A DNA stretch of 64,000 nucleotides from an uncultured Pseudomonadales bacterium (GTDB taxonomy: Bacteria; Patescibacteriota; Microgenomatia; UBA1400; PJMF01). The position numbers and the translations under genes were made by a program. The stretch lies in NCBI GenBank assembly GCA_964620965.1, contig CAZUHV010000001.1:149839-213838 (forward strand), read 5' to 3'. Shown here in pieces: positions 17,110 through 28,140 of this stretch; positions within the stretch are counted from its first letter, which is position 1; each line of letters starts with the position of its first letter. The notes below the pieces were generated by a model. That model made no database searches. It saw nothing but the letters and a program-made list of their open reading frames with translations, and had not been told where the DNA came from.

Positions 17110-20100
17110 TTATTTTTCTTCAACTGTCATTGAACCAATACCTCTTAACAAGAATGCAAGCCCAACTGAAACTGGAACGAACCATTTTGCTAAAGATTGC
17201 ATAATGCCTGTACCTTCAAAACAGCTAGTATCTCTCAGCATATAGAACGCACCCATAAGTAGTCCGCTAATAGCCAAAGCAAACAAGAGTTTCTTAGCAT
17301 TTGGTTCTCTATTCGCAATCTCTAGTGAAACTGCAAATAAAACTTGAATTAACAGTAAGAACAGTGGAAGGTAAAACTTCCATGTTGCACATGAATTATC
17401 TGTGTCACCTAGAACAGCTCCAGATTCATCAGTTTGACTTGAGCCGTCTTTCTCTTCATTAGATTCAGACTCTTGAGAATCTTGTGAATTTTCTGTGTTA
17501 CTAGAATTTTGACTACCAATAAATGAACCACCTGTTCCAGTTCCTTCGTCAGTGGTTACACCTAAAACTGAACCACTATCAGAGCTTGGCTCTGGACCAA
17601 CTCTAAACTTGGTAGCTGCAGAAATTGTATGACCTGCAGCATCGGCAGCAGTAACTCTAAATTCCCACAAACCGTCAAACAGGTTATCTAGCTTATGTTC
17701 ATAAGTTTCAGAAGAGACTGTTGCTGAATGTTCTGTACCATTTTCATGTTTCCATGAAAGTCTATATTCATGCACATAATCTGCTCCATTTGGTTTTTGC
17801 CATTTTCCATCGGCAGTTGTAGAACCAACATTTTCTACTCTAACATTCAGAGGTCCTTCTGTTGGAGCTGTTGCATCATATTTAACTTCTTTAACCCCAA
17901 TATCAGAAACATTACCTACTGTATCAACAGATCTGTAATACAACACATTTTGACCTTCTCCCGGTGGATTTATTGGAGAACTATAGGTAGTCCATGCTCC
18001 TGCAGTGCTGTTCCATTGATACTCAATATAATCAACAGAATAGTTATCATTTGCTGTTAGCGTAACTGTTGGATTGGTCTTATACCAACCATTTTGTGCA
18101 TCTGGTGTTGCAGGATCTATAGTAAGTGAAACCTCAGGAATTGTTCTGTCGTATACAATAGTAATTGTATAGGTAGACTCAACATTTCCAGCGGCGTCAA
18201 CTGCATGAGACTCAATTGTATAAGTGCCTTCTAAAACAGATTCTTCAGGAATTTGATATTCCCAATTGGTTGTTCCTGTTGCACTTACTGTTGCAGTTGT
18301 AGACTGCCAATCTGAGCCATTCCAGAATGAACCTTCTGATTCTCCAAATGGAGTATGCATAATTTCTAACAAAACTTCTGTTACTCCAGAAGCTATTTCT
18401 GTTGGTTCATCTGTTGCAGTTCCTTGAATTAAACCATCGAAAACTGCTGTCTCAACTTCACCACCATCTTCAAGATCAAAGGTTGTGATTATGCTTGATG
18501 GATTTGTAGTATCAACATGAACTCTTCTTCTTGTAGCATTTCTTGAGTTGCCATTATTGTCACGGACATGCACTACAATTCTGTAGTTTCCTTCTGGAAC
18601 TATATTTGTGCCATCGTTAATGTCTAATGACCATGTTTTAGAGCCACTATCATAGGTTGCCCAAAAAGTTGCAACTAATGCATTATCTGATTCGTTTCTG
18701 AATCTCACCCTAATATCTTTAACTCCAGAATCTGCGTCATCTGCTGTACCCAAAACTGAGAATGGACCATTAAATGCAGAATCATTCGCTGGGCTAGTAA
18801 TCGTTACAGTTGGTCTTGTGTTATCAACTTGAACTTTCACCCAATCAACGGAACCAGCATCTTTATTGTTCGCACTATCACGGGCTTCTAATTTTATTGT
18901 GTACTCACCACTTGGGAGTGATGTTGTATCCCAATTCAATAAAAGTTTGTTTGTGAAAGAAGTCGTGTCATTTACAGTTCCTGGACCAGCAACTGTAGTT
19001 CCACTACTATTTTGGATTACAAACCAATAGTGATGTGGGTTTGCATCTGTAACAGTACCTCTAACTTCTACAATACCATTTACTAAGCCTGCTGCCGGTG
19101 TGGTAACTTCTACATCTGGAGCATCATTATCTATTGTAACTTTCCATAAATCACTCCAAGCAGATTGATTTCCGGCTGCATCAACAGCCTTTACTCTCCA
19201 CCAGAATGTTGCATTAGCAACATTAGTTGCTGTTTTTTGACTCTGAGTATATTCATCATGCCATCGTAAGTTTGTGGCCCCTGCGTCATGGTAGCTTTCA
19301 TAAATATACTTAACTGCACCACTAACATCAGACCAATCACTTAACAGTGTTGCTCCATTTACAATTGCGTTGTTTGTAGGTTCAATTAAAGTTGGAACAG
19401 AAGGGGCTTGTCTATCTAGAGTAACTTCACACCAATCAGTCCAATCACTCGCATTTCCACTCTCATCAACTGCTCTAACACTGTATTTATACAAACCATC
19501 TTCATCTCTAATATTTCCAGAATATTTCGAAACTGTTGGATGAGCAATAATACTACCTTCTCTGATTCTATAGTCATAATGATCAAAATCCGCTTCGCCA
19601 TTGTCGTCCCAATCTATTGTGATAAATCTGTGGTTTGTATATCCACCACAACCTAAATTAGTGTTGTTGTGATCTAAAATTCTGATACCTGTTGGAGTCG
19701 CAGGAGCTTCAAGATCTGGTTCAAAATCATATATCGTAACTTCTGCGCCCTTATCGACAACAACATTGTCTAAATAACCATCAAGACCTTGATCGTTAGT
19801 CGATGTGTCACCAACATTGAGTGCAATAGCACGAACAATAGAACCTGGACTCAAATCTTCCATATCTGCAGGAATTGCAGGACAAGTATATGGAGAGGTT
19901 CCTCTCGTAGTCACAGGATACGCCTGATTTAAGTTAAAGGTTACTGTAGTAAAACCAGCAGTTGAACCAACACTTGGCACAACATTATATCGACAGTCAT
20001 AATAATTATCTGGATCACTCTCTCCAAAGTTAGCATACACATTCATATAGAAATGGTTTGCATCGGCGGCTTCGCCACCAGAACCTATCATGAAGTCATA

Positions 20101-21786
20101 CTGTATGTTTCTAAGCTCTGAAATATTTTCATACATAAAGTTTTCTGCAATTAACTTATCAGAAGCATTTGCACTAATTGGCAATGCATACAAACTTCCA
20201 GATCCAATACTTGCTTGATCTGCATTGAACTCATATGGAGAAGCTGTAGAAGCATCTCTATTAAACATCCAATTTGTATTATCTTTTGGAATTTCAATTG
20301 TTGTAAATGTTGGATCAAAAACATTAATCTCTGTGTTATCTATAGCCAACCAGTCAAAATCAAATCTTTGAGAAGTAAACCAACCATAGCGATTTCCTCC
20401 AACCGTTGTTCCAATTATGTCCGAAGAATCTGAAAGAACCCAACTACCAATTGAAGATGCTTCACCTCTTTTGTAAAGTGAAATGGTCACTTCTAAAACA
20501 CCACCAACATTTCTAAATGCATGTTCTATGGTATACCAACCAGATTCAGTAATATCTGCAGGATTTCTTGCAGGGTTTCCTGGCCAACCTGGTGCATTAT
20601 TACTAGCACTTACAAGCCATTGGCCTGGTGCACTTGGATTTGTACCTAAGTGAATTATAAAATCTCTTCTATGACCCCCCGCAGGAGTGTTGATTGCAGA
20701 AGAAAAATCAAAACGCTTATCTGAACCATCTGCTAAAGCCATGTCCAAATACACATCTAATCGAGTATCATAGCCTAGAGCTGGAAATGTATTGTTATAA
20801 CCACCCCATCTTGTAAAAACTGGACCGGTAATTTCTGCATGACTGTTTCCAGAAGCAGAAGTAATACCATTAGTTCCACTTGGTACCTGAGTGATTGTTC
20901 CACCAGCATAATCAAACCAAATATCGTTATATCCAGGAGTTACAGGAGTTGGATTTTGAGGATCCTCAAAAGTAACCACAAACACCGTAAAATGATCTAA
21001 TCCCTTAGCGCTAACAACTCCCTCAGAGATTTCTTCATCCTCAACAGCAACTGCTGTATCTAGTTCTTCCACTGTCTCTGCATATACTAAACCTGCCTTT
21101 TCATCTGCACCTTCTGGAAGTGGCAGTTTTAAATCATACTCAAATGTGCCATTTTCCATGTCAGAAGAAATATCATAAGCTATAGTACTGTACGCACCCA
21201 ATTGTTGTGCTTGTTCTTCTGTTAATGTTATTTCTTCAACAACTAAACTTCCTGGATTTTCTGGAAGTTTTGTAAAAACAACTTGAGCTTCACTATTTTG
21301 AGGAGCACTATATATAGTATTAAGCTCCACAGTTGGAACTTCTGCTTTTTTATCAGAAACAAGCCAAAGATTTTCTCCCAAAACCGCAAAGTCTGTTGCG
21401 AAACTTGCGTTTGGTAGTTCTAATCTACCAAAATCCACCTTATTTGGAACACAATCATCAACAGAACAGGTTCCTGCATATTCTGTAGCAGAAGCAACCC
21501 CTTCTGAATGCTTTGCTGTACCTTTAACTCCATTTTTTGTGTCGGATTCTTGTGAAGCATATTCCAATCTGTATTCAACATCTGAATCAGAAACAACTGT
21601 TAAATCAAAAACGTTCTCTTCTTGTGAAAACTCTAGATCTACTTTACCAACCTCTTGCTGTGCTACAGCGTATGCTTTTGCCGGAAATAACATAAAAAAT
21701 CCAGGCAAAAAGCTCTGGAATGTTAGTGCAAAAATGTTAAAAATTGAAAAAGAGGATTGAATCCTTTTTTTAAAACTATTTGTCAT
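17110..21786 (-). CDS. large cell-surface protein with multiple Ig-like/FN3 domains and C-terminal TM segments
   Basis: 1558 aa; repeated YxxxVRAVDxAGN / WRVKAVDAAGN motifs, DHFT motif, VLG linker, 3 C-terminal TMs. Confidence 0.88.
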   Translation of the reverse strand: MTNSFKKRIQSSFSIFNIFALTFQSFLPGFFMLFPAKAYAVAQQEVGKVDLEFSQEENVFDLTVVSDSDVEYRLEYASQESDTKNGVKGTAKHSEGVASATEYAGTCSVDDCVPNKVDFGRLELPNASFATDFAVLGENLWLVSDKKAEVPTVELNTIYSAPQNSEAQVVFTKLPENPGSLVVEEITLTEEQAQQLGAYSTIAYDISSDMENGTFEYDLKLPLPEGADEKAGLVYAETVEELDTAVAVEDEEISEGVVSAKGLDHFTVFVVTFEDPQNPTPVTPGYNDIWFDYAGGTITQVPSGTNGITSASGNSHAEITGPVFTRWGGYNNTFPALGYDTRLDVYLDMALADGSDKRFDFSSAINTPAGGHRRDFIIHLGTNPSAPGQWLVSASNNAPGWPGNPARNPADITESGWYTIEHAFRNVGGVLEVTISLYKRGEASSIGSWVLSDSSDIIGTTVGGNRYGWFTSQRFDFDWLAIDNTEINVFDPTFTTIEIPKDNTNWMFNRDASTASPYEFNADQASIGSGSLYALPISANASDKLIAENFMYENISELRNIQYDFMIGSGGEAADANHFYMNVYANFGESDPDNYYDCRYNVVPSVGSTAGFTTVTFNLNQAYPVTTRGTSPYTCPAIPADMEDLSPGSIVRAIALNVGDTSTNDQGLDGYLDNVVVDKGAEVTIYDFEPDLEAPATPTGIRILDHNNTNLGCGGYTNHRFITIDWDDNGEADFDHYDYRIREGSIIAHPTVSKYSGNIRDEDGLYKYSVRAVDESGNASDWTDWCEVTLDRQAPSVPTLIEPTNNAIVNGATLLSDWSDVSGAVKYIYESYHDAGATNLRWHDEYTQSQKTATNVANATFWWRVKAVDAAGNQSAWSDLWKVTIDNDAPDVEVTTPAAGLVNGIVEVRGTVTDANPHHYWFVIQNSSGTTVAGPGTVNDTTSFTNKLLLNWDTTSLPSGEYTIKLEARDSANNKDAGSVDWVKVQVDNTRPTVTITSPANDSAFNGPFSVLGTADDADSGVKDIRVRFRNESDNALVATFWATYDSGSKTWSLDINDGTNIVPEGNYRIVVHVRDNNGNSRNATRRRVHVDTTNPSSIITTFDLEDGGEVETAVFDGLIQGTATDEPTEIASGVTEVLLEIMHTPFGESEGSFWNGSDWQSTTATVSATGTTNWEYQIPEESVLEGTYTIESHAVDAAGNVESTYTITIVYDRTIPEVSLTIDPATPDAQNGWYKTNPTVTLTANDNYSVDYIEYQWNSTAGAWTTYSSPINPPGEGQNVLYYRSVDTVGNVSDIGVKEVKYDATAPTEGPLNVRVENVGSTTADGKWQKPNGADYVHEYRLSWKHENGTEHSATVSSETYEHKLDNLFDGLWEFRVTAADAAGHTISAATKFRVGPEPSSDSGSVLGVTTDEGTGTGGSFIGSQNSSNTENSQDSQESESNEEKDGSSQTDESGAVLGDTDNSCATWKFYLPLFLLLIQVLFAVSLEIANREPNAKKLLFALAISGLLMGAFYMLRDTSCFEGTGIMQSLAKWFVPVSVGLAFLLRGIGSMTVEEK

Positions 21787-21910
21787 AGCTATAGCTTTCT
21801 TTGGACAGTCAATTTGTTTCTGATCTAGTTAACTTGATCATACACGCATGTAAGTTTTTTGTAAAGATAATATGCCAGAGGGTAAATTCGGCATTATTTC
21901 GGAAAAAAAT

Positions 21911-22975
21911 CTAATGGATATGCCCGTGTCCTTGATGCTCTACACTGTCAATTTCTTCAAGTTCTTTTTTCTTAAGTTTCATCGCAAACGTTGCTGCAAT
22001 TAAAGTAGTAAATGGAACTGCTAAAACCAGCCCTATTGAACCTGTTAGTGTTCTAATAACTTCTTCAACAATAATTTCGCTATTTAAAGTAACCCAAGTT
22101 GGCACAGATTCATTTAAAGTGAATAACAAAAATAAAGGTATATTTGCTCCTGCATATGCCAAAACAAGTGTATTTACTAAACTTGCAACGTGATCTCTTC
22201 CAACTTCTAAAGCCCTGTTATATAGTTCTGTAAATTTAATAGATTTTTTTGCAGCTCGTAACTGAAACACAACGGATACTTGTGAAACAGTAACATCATC
22301 TAAAACACCTAATGCACCAAGCATAATTCCACCTAACAACAAACCTTGTAAATTAATATTTGCCGTACTCCCAACTTGTAAAAAGGCAGCTTCTTCACTC
22401 CCCAAACCATACATATGCGCAGTCTTAACAGCAATAAAAGATAACAATGAAACAGCCCCCAAAGAAGCCATCATAGAAAAAAGCGCTATATGAGATTTAA
22501 GACTATATCCGTGAGATAAATACACTGTTGCAGAACCAATGAGTAAGCTACCAAATAAACTAATGACAATAGGATTCGCACCCAACAAAATCTGAGGAAT
22601 AATAAATTTTAATAAAACCAGCATACTCATTACCATGCCTAAAATAGAAAGTATGCCTTTTCTTCTTCCCACCCAAATCACTATTACAGCAAACAAAATG
22701 CTTAACCATACAATTGTTGGAATACGATACGAATCAGAAAGAACGGTTTGGATCTGCTCATCTGTAGCTCCATAGGAATATAAAACAACTTGTTCTCCTG
22801 GCTCTTTTAACTGGACCCTATTAATAGGCTGTAATCCATCACCATTTATAATTTCATAGGTGTTTCCATCAGAAGAACTAACCTTTAGCAACTGACTATA
22901 TGTATTGTCTTCGTAAGAGAACTCTGTTTCTTCTAAAACCTCATCAATTGTTCCAATGGAGTAGTTTTGAATCAT
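21911..22975 (-). CDS. YibE/F family membrane protein
   Basis: GALGVLDDVTVSQ, VGRDHVASLVNTLVLAYAG, EEVIRTLTGSIG; His-rich tail. Confidence 0.92.
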   Translation of the reverse strand: MIQNYSIGTIDEVLEETEFSYEDNTYSQLLKVSSSDGNTYEIINGDGLQPINRVQLKEPGEQVVLYSYGATDEQIQTVLSDSYRIPTIVWLSILFAVIVIWVGRRKGILSILGMVMSMLVLLKFIIPQILLGANPIVISLFGSLLIGSATVYLSHGYSLKSHIALFSMMASLGAVSLLSFIAVKTAHMYGLGSEEAAFLQVGSTANINLQGLLLGGIMLGALGVLDDVTVSQVSVVFQLRAAKKSIKFTELYNRALEVGRDHVASLVNTLVLAYAGANIPLFLLFTLNESVPTWVTLNSEIIVEEVIRTLTGSIGLVLAVPFTTLIAATFAMKLKKKELEEIDSVEHQGHGHIH

Positions 22976-23010
22976 AGTATGAGTATAGACTATTCAAAAA
23001 TAAAAAGTGA

Positions 23011-23280
23011 TTATCTGATTGTATACCCTAATTTTTTGATAACCGCTTCCATTTGGCCAACAGAAACTTTTTGAGGATCATACTCCACTACACTTTCTTG
23101 TTTTGCATAAGAAGTGCTTGCAGAAAGCACTCCATCTAGGTCCTCTAACTCTCCATCAACATTCATGCTACAACTTGTGCAGTGCATTCCATCAATTTTA
23201 ATTTTCACAGTTTCTTTTCTAGCATCTTTATCAGTATTTACTTCACCTCTTACATTTTTTTTCTTAAAAATTCCAAACAT
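23011..23280 (-). CDS. copZ: heavy-metal-associated domain protein (CopZ-like chaperone)
   Basis: IDGMHCTSC motif; likely start MFGIF at 23280. Confidence 0.85.
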   Translation of the reverse strand: MFGIFKKKNVRGEVNTDKDARKETVKIKIDGMHCTSCSMNVDGELEDLDGVLSASTSYAKQESVVEYDPQKVSVGQMEAVIKKLGYTIR

Positions 23281-23306
23281 ATTTTTCCTTTGTTTTTCTA
23301 TTTTTA

Positions 23307-24419
23307 CTATAAAACTTCCATTACACCAGTATACATTCCCATAGAACACGAATAAGTAAATTTGCCTTTTTTATTTGGAGTAAATGTAAATGTCTGAGAG
23401 TCTGTCGATTTCAAAAAAGTTGAGATACCAAACTCTTTAAATACAAATGCGGCAGCACAAGAATATGTTTCGTTAGAAGTTACAGTTAATTGAACTGGAA
23501 CTCCCTGTTTCACAGCAAAATATGTAGGGGCATACCCAGAATTGAGAGCCTCTATAGTAACTTTTTGAACTCCATCCTTTTCAGGAACGATTACAGTATT
23601 TGCTTTCTCAAATCGCTCATCAGAAAAGAAATAGGTAACCGGTCTTGTAATTGACTGTAGTGTAACTGGTGAATTTAAAACCAGTAACACGCCATTAATA
23701 CTATATATAGCCATTGCTATCAGTAAATAACTCGCAACTTTTGTAAATGCTGTGTGCCAACCTTCGGTAAGTTTAGCAGTAGCTACTCCAATCAAAGCAA
23801 ACAATGGAGATGTTCCCAAAACAAATGCTCCCATAATTAAGGCCCCTTGAACCGGACTCGCTGTATTAATTGCCAAAACCTCCATTGCTTGTGTCACTCC
23901 GCAGGGAATAAAAATTGTCAAAAAACCTAAGAAAGCCGGAGCAAACAACGCTCTACTTTTGCTTGAGTTTCTTACATATCTTTGCAAAAATTTTGGAGGC
24001 TGAATTAGAACAAACCTAAAAATTGGATGAACGTTTAATAAATTCATTGCTGTTGCAAACATAAAAAGTGCGGTAAAAAATTGGAATCCCAACCGCACGC
24101 CTAAACTCAATGAAAGTCTTTCCCCCAAAAAACCAAGCAAAAAACCAAGCAAAATATGCGCAATCAACTTTGATACTAGAAACATCCCAACAGGCATCCA
24201 ATCAAGTTCGTCGAAAACTCCAAATTTTGACTGGTTCTGTAACTTGGCTAAGTATTTTTCTTTTTTCTTTGCCTTAGCATTCTCTTTGTCACTTTTAAGT
24301 GTGTCAATTTCTTCGTCTTTTTGATTTGCGATCACACTAGTTAATAAACCACCTTGAACCGCCAAACAAGCAAGCCCTCCAGTTGTTAATCCTGTTAAGA
24401 AAATTACCCATAAATTCAT
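23307..24419 (-). CDS. DsbD_2/TauE-like membrane protein with C-terminal cupredoxin domain
   Basis: CLAVQGG and FIPCGVTQ TM Cys motifs; C-terminal YSCSMGMYTG. Confidence 0.85.
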   Translation of the reverse strand: MNLWVIFLTGLTTGGLACLAVQGGLLTSVIANQKDEEIDTLKSDKENAKAKKKEKYLAKLQNQSKFGVFDELDWMPVGMFLVSKLIAHILLGFLLGFLGERLSLSLGVRLGFQFFTALFMFATAMNLLNVHPIFRFVLIQPPKFLQRYVRNSSKSRALFAPAFLGFLTIFIPCGVTQAMEVLAINTASPVQGALIMGAFVLGTSPLFALIGVATAKLTEGWHTAFTKVASYLLIAMAIYSINGVLLVLNSPVTLQSITRPVTYFFSDERFEKANTVIVPEKDGVQKVTIEALNSGYAPTYFAVKQGVPVQLTVTSNETYSCAAAFVFKEFGISTFLKSTDSQTFTFTPNKKGKFTYSCSMGMYTGVMEVL

Positions 24420-24491
24420 TATTCATTCTCCTAAAATACTACAATATGTAATATATTAAATTTTAATTGTCTATGCAATAGTCCATTTTTA

Positions 24492-26759
24492 CTACACTTT
24501 TACCTTTTTAATTCTCAAAGCATTAGTAACCACAGAAACACTTGAAAACGCCATAGCCGCACTTGCTAACATAGGGTTCAGTTGAATTCCCCAAATTGGA
24601 TACAGAACTCCCATAGCAACAGGAATTAAAACAATGTTATATCCAAAAGCCCAAACAAGATTCTCCTTAATATTTTTCATTGTGATCTTGGATAATTGAA
24701 TTGCTTTTGGAACTAACGAAACATCACTTCTTAATAAAGTAATTCCAGCAGACTCTATTGCCACATCTGTTCCCGAACCCATAGCTATTCCAACATCAGC
24801 TGCAGCCAAAGCAGGAGCATCATTTATACCATCCCCAACAAAAGCAACGACTTCACCTGCTTCCCTCAATTCTTTCACTTTCTGTTCCTTATCTTGAGGC
24901 AAAACTTGTGCAAATACTTTTGAGATACCGGCTTTTTTTGCAATGCTCTCTGCAGTTTTTAAGTTATCACCAGTAATCATAATAGAAGTGATTTTCATTT
25001 GAGTTAATCTTTGAATTACTTCAGCAGAACTTTCTTTTATTGAATCTGCTATTCCTATATATGCAACTAATTGTGAGTCGTGCACAAAAAATGAAACTGT
25101 TTGTCCTTGAGACTGTAGCTCTGCTACTTTTTCTTTTGTTTTTTGATCAATATTGATATTTTGTTCTTCCAACAAACGAGCTGTTCCAATAAAAATGATC
25201 TTCTTATTTGCTTTTGCAGAAATACCTTTGCCAGAAATATCTATAAAATCTGAAATTGTTATATTTGATTTTTTTAACTGCATACTTTCAAAATATGAAA
25301 CTACTGCCGCAGCCAACGGGTGATGAGAGAGTTTTTCGACCTCATTAATAATAGTATAGAAAAGCTCCTGTTCTTTCGTGGTAATCGAGTTTATAAAGGT
25401 TATTTCCTGCACTTCTGGTTTACCTTTAGTAATAGTTCCAGTTTTATCAAACAAAACAGTCGTTACCTTGTTTGCAATTTCCAGTGCTTCAGCATTTTTA
25501 ATCAAAATTCCATTACTAGCCCCCTTCCCAACCCCGACCATCAGTGAAGTCGGAGTAGCCAAACCAAGTGCACATGGACATGCAATAATAAGGACAGAAA
25601 TCATACTGACTAAAGAACGAACCAATACTGGTTCAGGACCAAAAAAGTACCAAACCAAAAAAGTAATAATCGCCAAAACTATCACAACAGGAACAAAAAC
25701 ACTCGAAACAGTATCAACGAGCTTCTGAATTGGAGGTCTTGACCCTTGAGCTTGCTTTACCAACTCAATTATATTAGAAAGCATTGTTTCACTTCCAACT
25801 TTTGTTGCTTTCATTCTAAATGCCCCTGTTGCATTGATTGTTGCCCCAATAACGGAATCACCAACTCTTTTTGTGACTGGTAAGCTTTCTCCTGTCACCA
25901 TACTTTCATCAAATGACGATTCTCCTTGAATTATTTCGCCATCAACAGGAACTTTTTCTCCAGGTTTCACAAGTAAAGTATCGCCTTTTTGAACTTGAGA
26001 TATTTCAACATCTGCAATCTCACCGTTGTTATCAACTAAGTGTGCAATTTTTGCTTGCAAACCAATAAGCTTTTTCAGAGCTTGAGAAGTCTGTCCTTTA
26101 GAATGAATTTCTAAGTACTTACCCAAAAGAATTAAAGTAATAATTGTTGCTGAAGTTTCAAAATACACATGGTCAGAAACTCCACTACTCATCAAAAATT
26201 CTGCTCCTAAAAAGTAGCGAATTCCAACAACAACTAGCGAGTAAAAATATGCAACAGACGTGCCCAATACAATCAGAGTGTCCATGTTTGTTGTTTTATT
26301 TAGTAAGGCAGACCAAGCGCTCTGATAATATCTTTTTCCTACCCAAAACTGCACAGGGGTTGCAAGTATGAGCATTACCAATGGATTCTTTAAAAATTCT
26401 GGGGACATTGGGAGCATTGCTCCAATCAACAAGAAAACTGTTAAACCAACACTTACCAATAATTTTTGTTTTATACTCTGAATCTCTTTCTCTCTTTCTT
26501 TTTCTGAAAGATCGGTTGTATCATGCATACCAATGTGTGCAACATACCCCAAACTTTTTACAGCCTCAGAAGCCTTTTTTGAGTCAAACTTTTTTTCATC
26601 TATAGTAATAGTTGCCTGTTCATTTGCATAATTAACTTGTGCTGACACAACTCCATCGGTTTTACTCAGTTTTCTTTGAACATTAGATGCACAGCTTGCA
26701 CAATGCATCCCAGAAACATGAAATGACAGTGTATTGTTTTTGTTATTCATACTATTCAA
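24492..26759 (-). CDS. copA: Cu(I)-translocating P1B-type ATPase
   Basis: [31 protein letters not shown] and MAFSS motifs. Confidence 0.95.
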   Translation of the reverse strand: MNSMNNKNNTLSFHVSGMHCASCASNVQRKLSKTDGVVSAQVNYANEQATITIDEKKFDSKKASEAVKSLGYVAHIGMHDTTDLSEKEREKEIQSIKQKLLVSVGLTVFLLIGAMLPMSPEFLKNPLVMLILATPVQFWVGKRYYQSAWSALLNKTTNMDTLIVLGTSVAYFYSLVVVGIRYFLGAEFLMSSGVSDHVYFETSATIITLILLGKYLEIHSKGQTSQALKKLIGLQAKIAHLVDNNGEIADVEISQVQKGDTLLVKPGEKVPVDGEIIQGESSFDESMVTGESLPVTKRVGDSVIGATINATGAFRMKATKVGSETMLSNIIELVKQAQGSRPPIQKLVDTVSSVFVPVVIVLAIITFLVWYFFGPEPVLVRSLVSMISVLIIACPCALGLATPTSLMVGVGKGASNGILIKNAEALEIANKVTTVLFDKTGTITKGKPEVQEITFINSITTKEQELFYTIINEVEKLSHHPLAAAVVSYFESMQLKKSNITISDFIDISGKGISAKANKKIIFIGTARLLEEQNINIDQKTKEKVAELQSQGQTVSFFVHDSQLVAYIGIADSIKESSAEVIQRLTQMKITSIMITGDNLKTAESIAKKAGISKVFAQVLPQDKEQKVKELREAGEVVAFVGDGINDAPALAAADVGIAMGSGTDVAIESAGITLLRSDVSLVPKAIQLSKITMKNIKENLVWAFGYNIVLIPVAMGVLYPIWGIQLNPMLASAAMAFSSVSVVTNALRIKKVKV

Positions 26760-26765
26760 ATCCTC

Positions 26766-27248
26766 TCATTCGACATACTTTTCTACATTCTTTTTAAACT
26801 TTTCCAAACACCCTGAAGCACAAAAATAATATTTTTGTCCTTCATGTTCATGCATAAACCCTGCAGTTTTTGGAGAAACTCTCATACCACACACTACGTC
26901 TGTTGTTAGTGGGACAAGTTTTGATAAATTGATATCTAAATCTTCAGCATAGTTGCAGTTTGTGTGTTGTTTTCTTAAAAGGTTTCTAACAGTGTCCGCA
27001 ATTTCTAAATATTCCGGATGTGAAATTTTATAAGTAATTTGTTTTCCATCTTTGCTTGCGTCGACAATATTTTGTTCTCTTAAAATTTGTAAATGTTGAC
27101 TCACATTAGCTTGTGGTAAATCAAGCATTGTATAAATATCGCTCACCGTTAATTCTTGATCTCTTAATAAATGAATTATTTCCAAACGCCTTGAATGTGC
27201 CAATGCTTTAAAAACAGCCTCTTGTAATTGAAAAAGTTGATTAAACAT
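26766..27248 (-). CDS. ArsR/SmtB regulator fused to a YHS/TRASH domain
   Basis: FKALAHSRRLEII...VSQHLQILR; C-terminal DVVCGM...YYFCASGC. Confidence 0.9.
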   Translation of the reverse strand: MFNQLFQLQEAVFKALAHSRRLEIIHLLRDQELTVSDIYTMLDLPQANVSQHLQILREQNIVDASKDGKQITYKISHPEYLEIADTVRNLLRKQHTNCNYAEDLDINLSKLVPLTTDVVCGMRVSPKTAGFMHEHEGQKYYFCASGCLEKFKKNVEKYVE

Positions 27249-27255
27249 ATGTTAT

Positions 27256-27284
27256 ATCATATTCGAATTTTCGAATATGTGCAA
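27256..27284 (-). promoter_or_regulatory. cop operon promoter with a perfect 10-2-10 operator
   Basis: TTGCAC-17-TATGAT; CATATTCGAA-TT-TTCGAATATG (27258-27279) overlaps it. Confidence 0.8.
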
Positions 27285-27370
27285 CTATCAAAATCTATAC
27301 CTAAAAACACTTTTCGGAATTTTTATATTTTTTCATTGCAATTTACGATAAATTTACATATATTAGTGAT

Positions 27371-27628
27371 ATGACAGATGAAACTCAACCTATACAAGCT
27401 GATATACATGCAGTTTTAACCTGCCCAGTGTGTGAAACTCAACAGAAAGTGGTTATGCCACTTGAAGGTTTTCAGCACTACTATAAATGTACCAACACAG
27501 ACTGTGCCTCTGACTTAGCCCCTTTGGAAGGAAAAGATTGTGTTTTCTGCTCATACGCAGATAAGCCTTGTCCTCAAAAACAAATTAATCCTTATGCAGA
27601 CGAAAAGCATTTGCAATCATTGATATAA
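27371..27628 (+). CDS. GDCCVxC-domain-like small Cys-rich metal-binding protein
   Basis: LTCPVC...MP...YYKC..C...GKDCVFCSY...CP pattern. Confidence 0.75.
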   Translation: MTDETQPIQADIHAVLTCPVCETQQKVVMPLEGFQHYYKCTNTDCASDLAPLEGKDCVFCSYADKPCPQKQINPYADEKHLQSLI

Positions 27629-27636
27629 TATCGCTC

Positions 27637-28140
27637 ATGAATCTTTCTAATTATCATAAAACTGTTAGTGTCATTATCCAACTGCTACAAGATAAAAATA
27701 CATGGTTTGAAACATTTGAACATGAGCCTGTAAAAACAAGTGAAGAAGCAGCACAAATTAGAACTGGATACTCACTAGAACAAGGTGCAAAAGCACTTAT
27801 TTTAAGGATTAAAGAAACTGGAGGTAAACACTACTTCGCACAGTTTGTTATACCAGGAGATAAAAAACTTGACTCAAAACTAGTATGTTCATTTTTGAAA
27901 GCTAAAAATATTCGATTTGCAACTGTCTCCGAAATAAATGAGCTTACACAAGGAATTGAAATTGGAGGTATTCCTCCGTTTGGAAACTTATTTGAGATCC
28001 CAGTGTATATAGATCCATCTCTCCTTGCGCATGAAAAAATTATTTACAACGCTGGAGACAGAAGTTTTTCTATCGGAATGAAAACTAAAGATTATGTGAC
28101 TATTGTGAAACCAACAGTTACAGAACTGGTTTTGCAATAA
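27637..28140 (+). CDS. YbaK/ProX aminoacyl-tRNA editing domain protein
   Basis: GAKALI, IRFAT, GGIPPFG, YNAGDR. Confidence 0.88.
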   Translation: MNLSNYHKTVSVIIQLLQDKNTWFETFEHEPVKTSEEAAQIRTGYSLEQGAKALILRIKETGGKHYFAQFVIPGDKKLDSKLVCSFLKAKNIRFATVSEINELTQGIEIGGIPPFGNLFEIPVYIDPSLLAHEKIIYNAGDRSFSIGMKTKDYVTIVKPTVTELVLQ

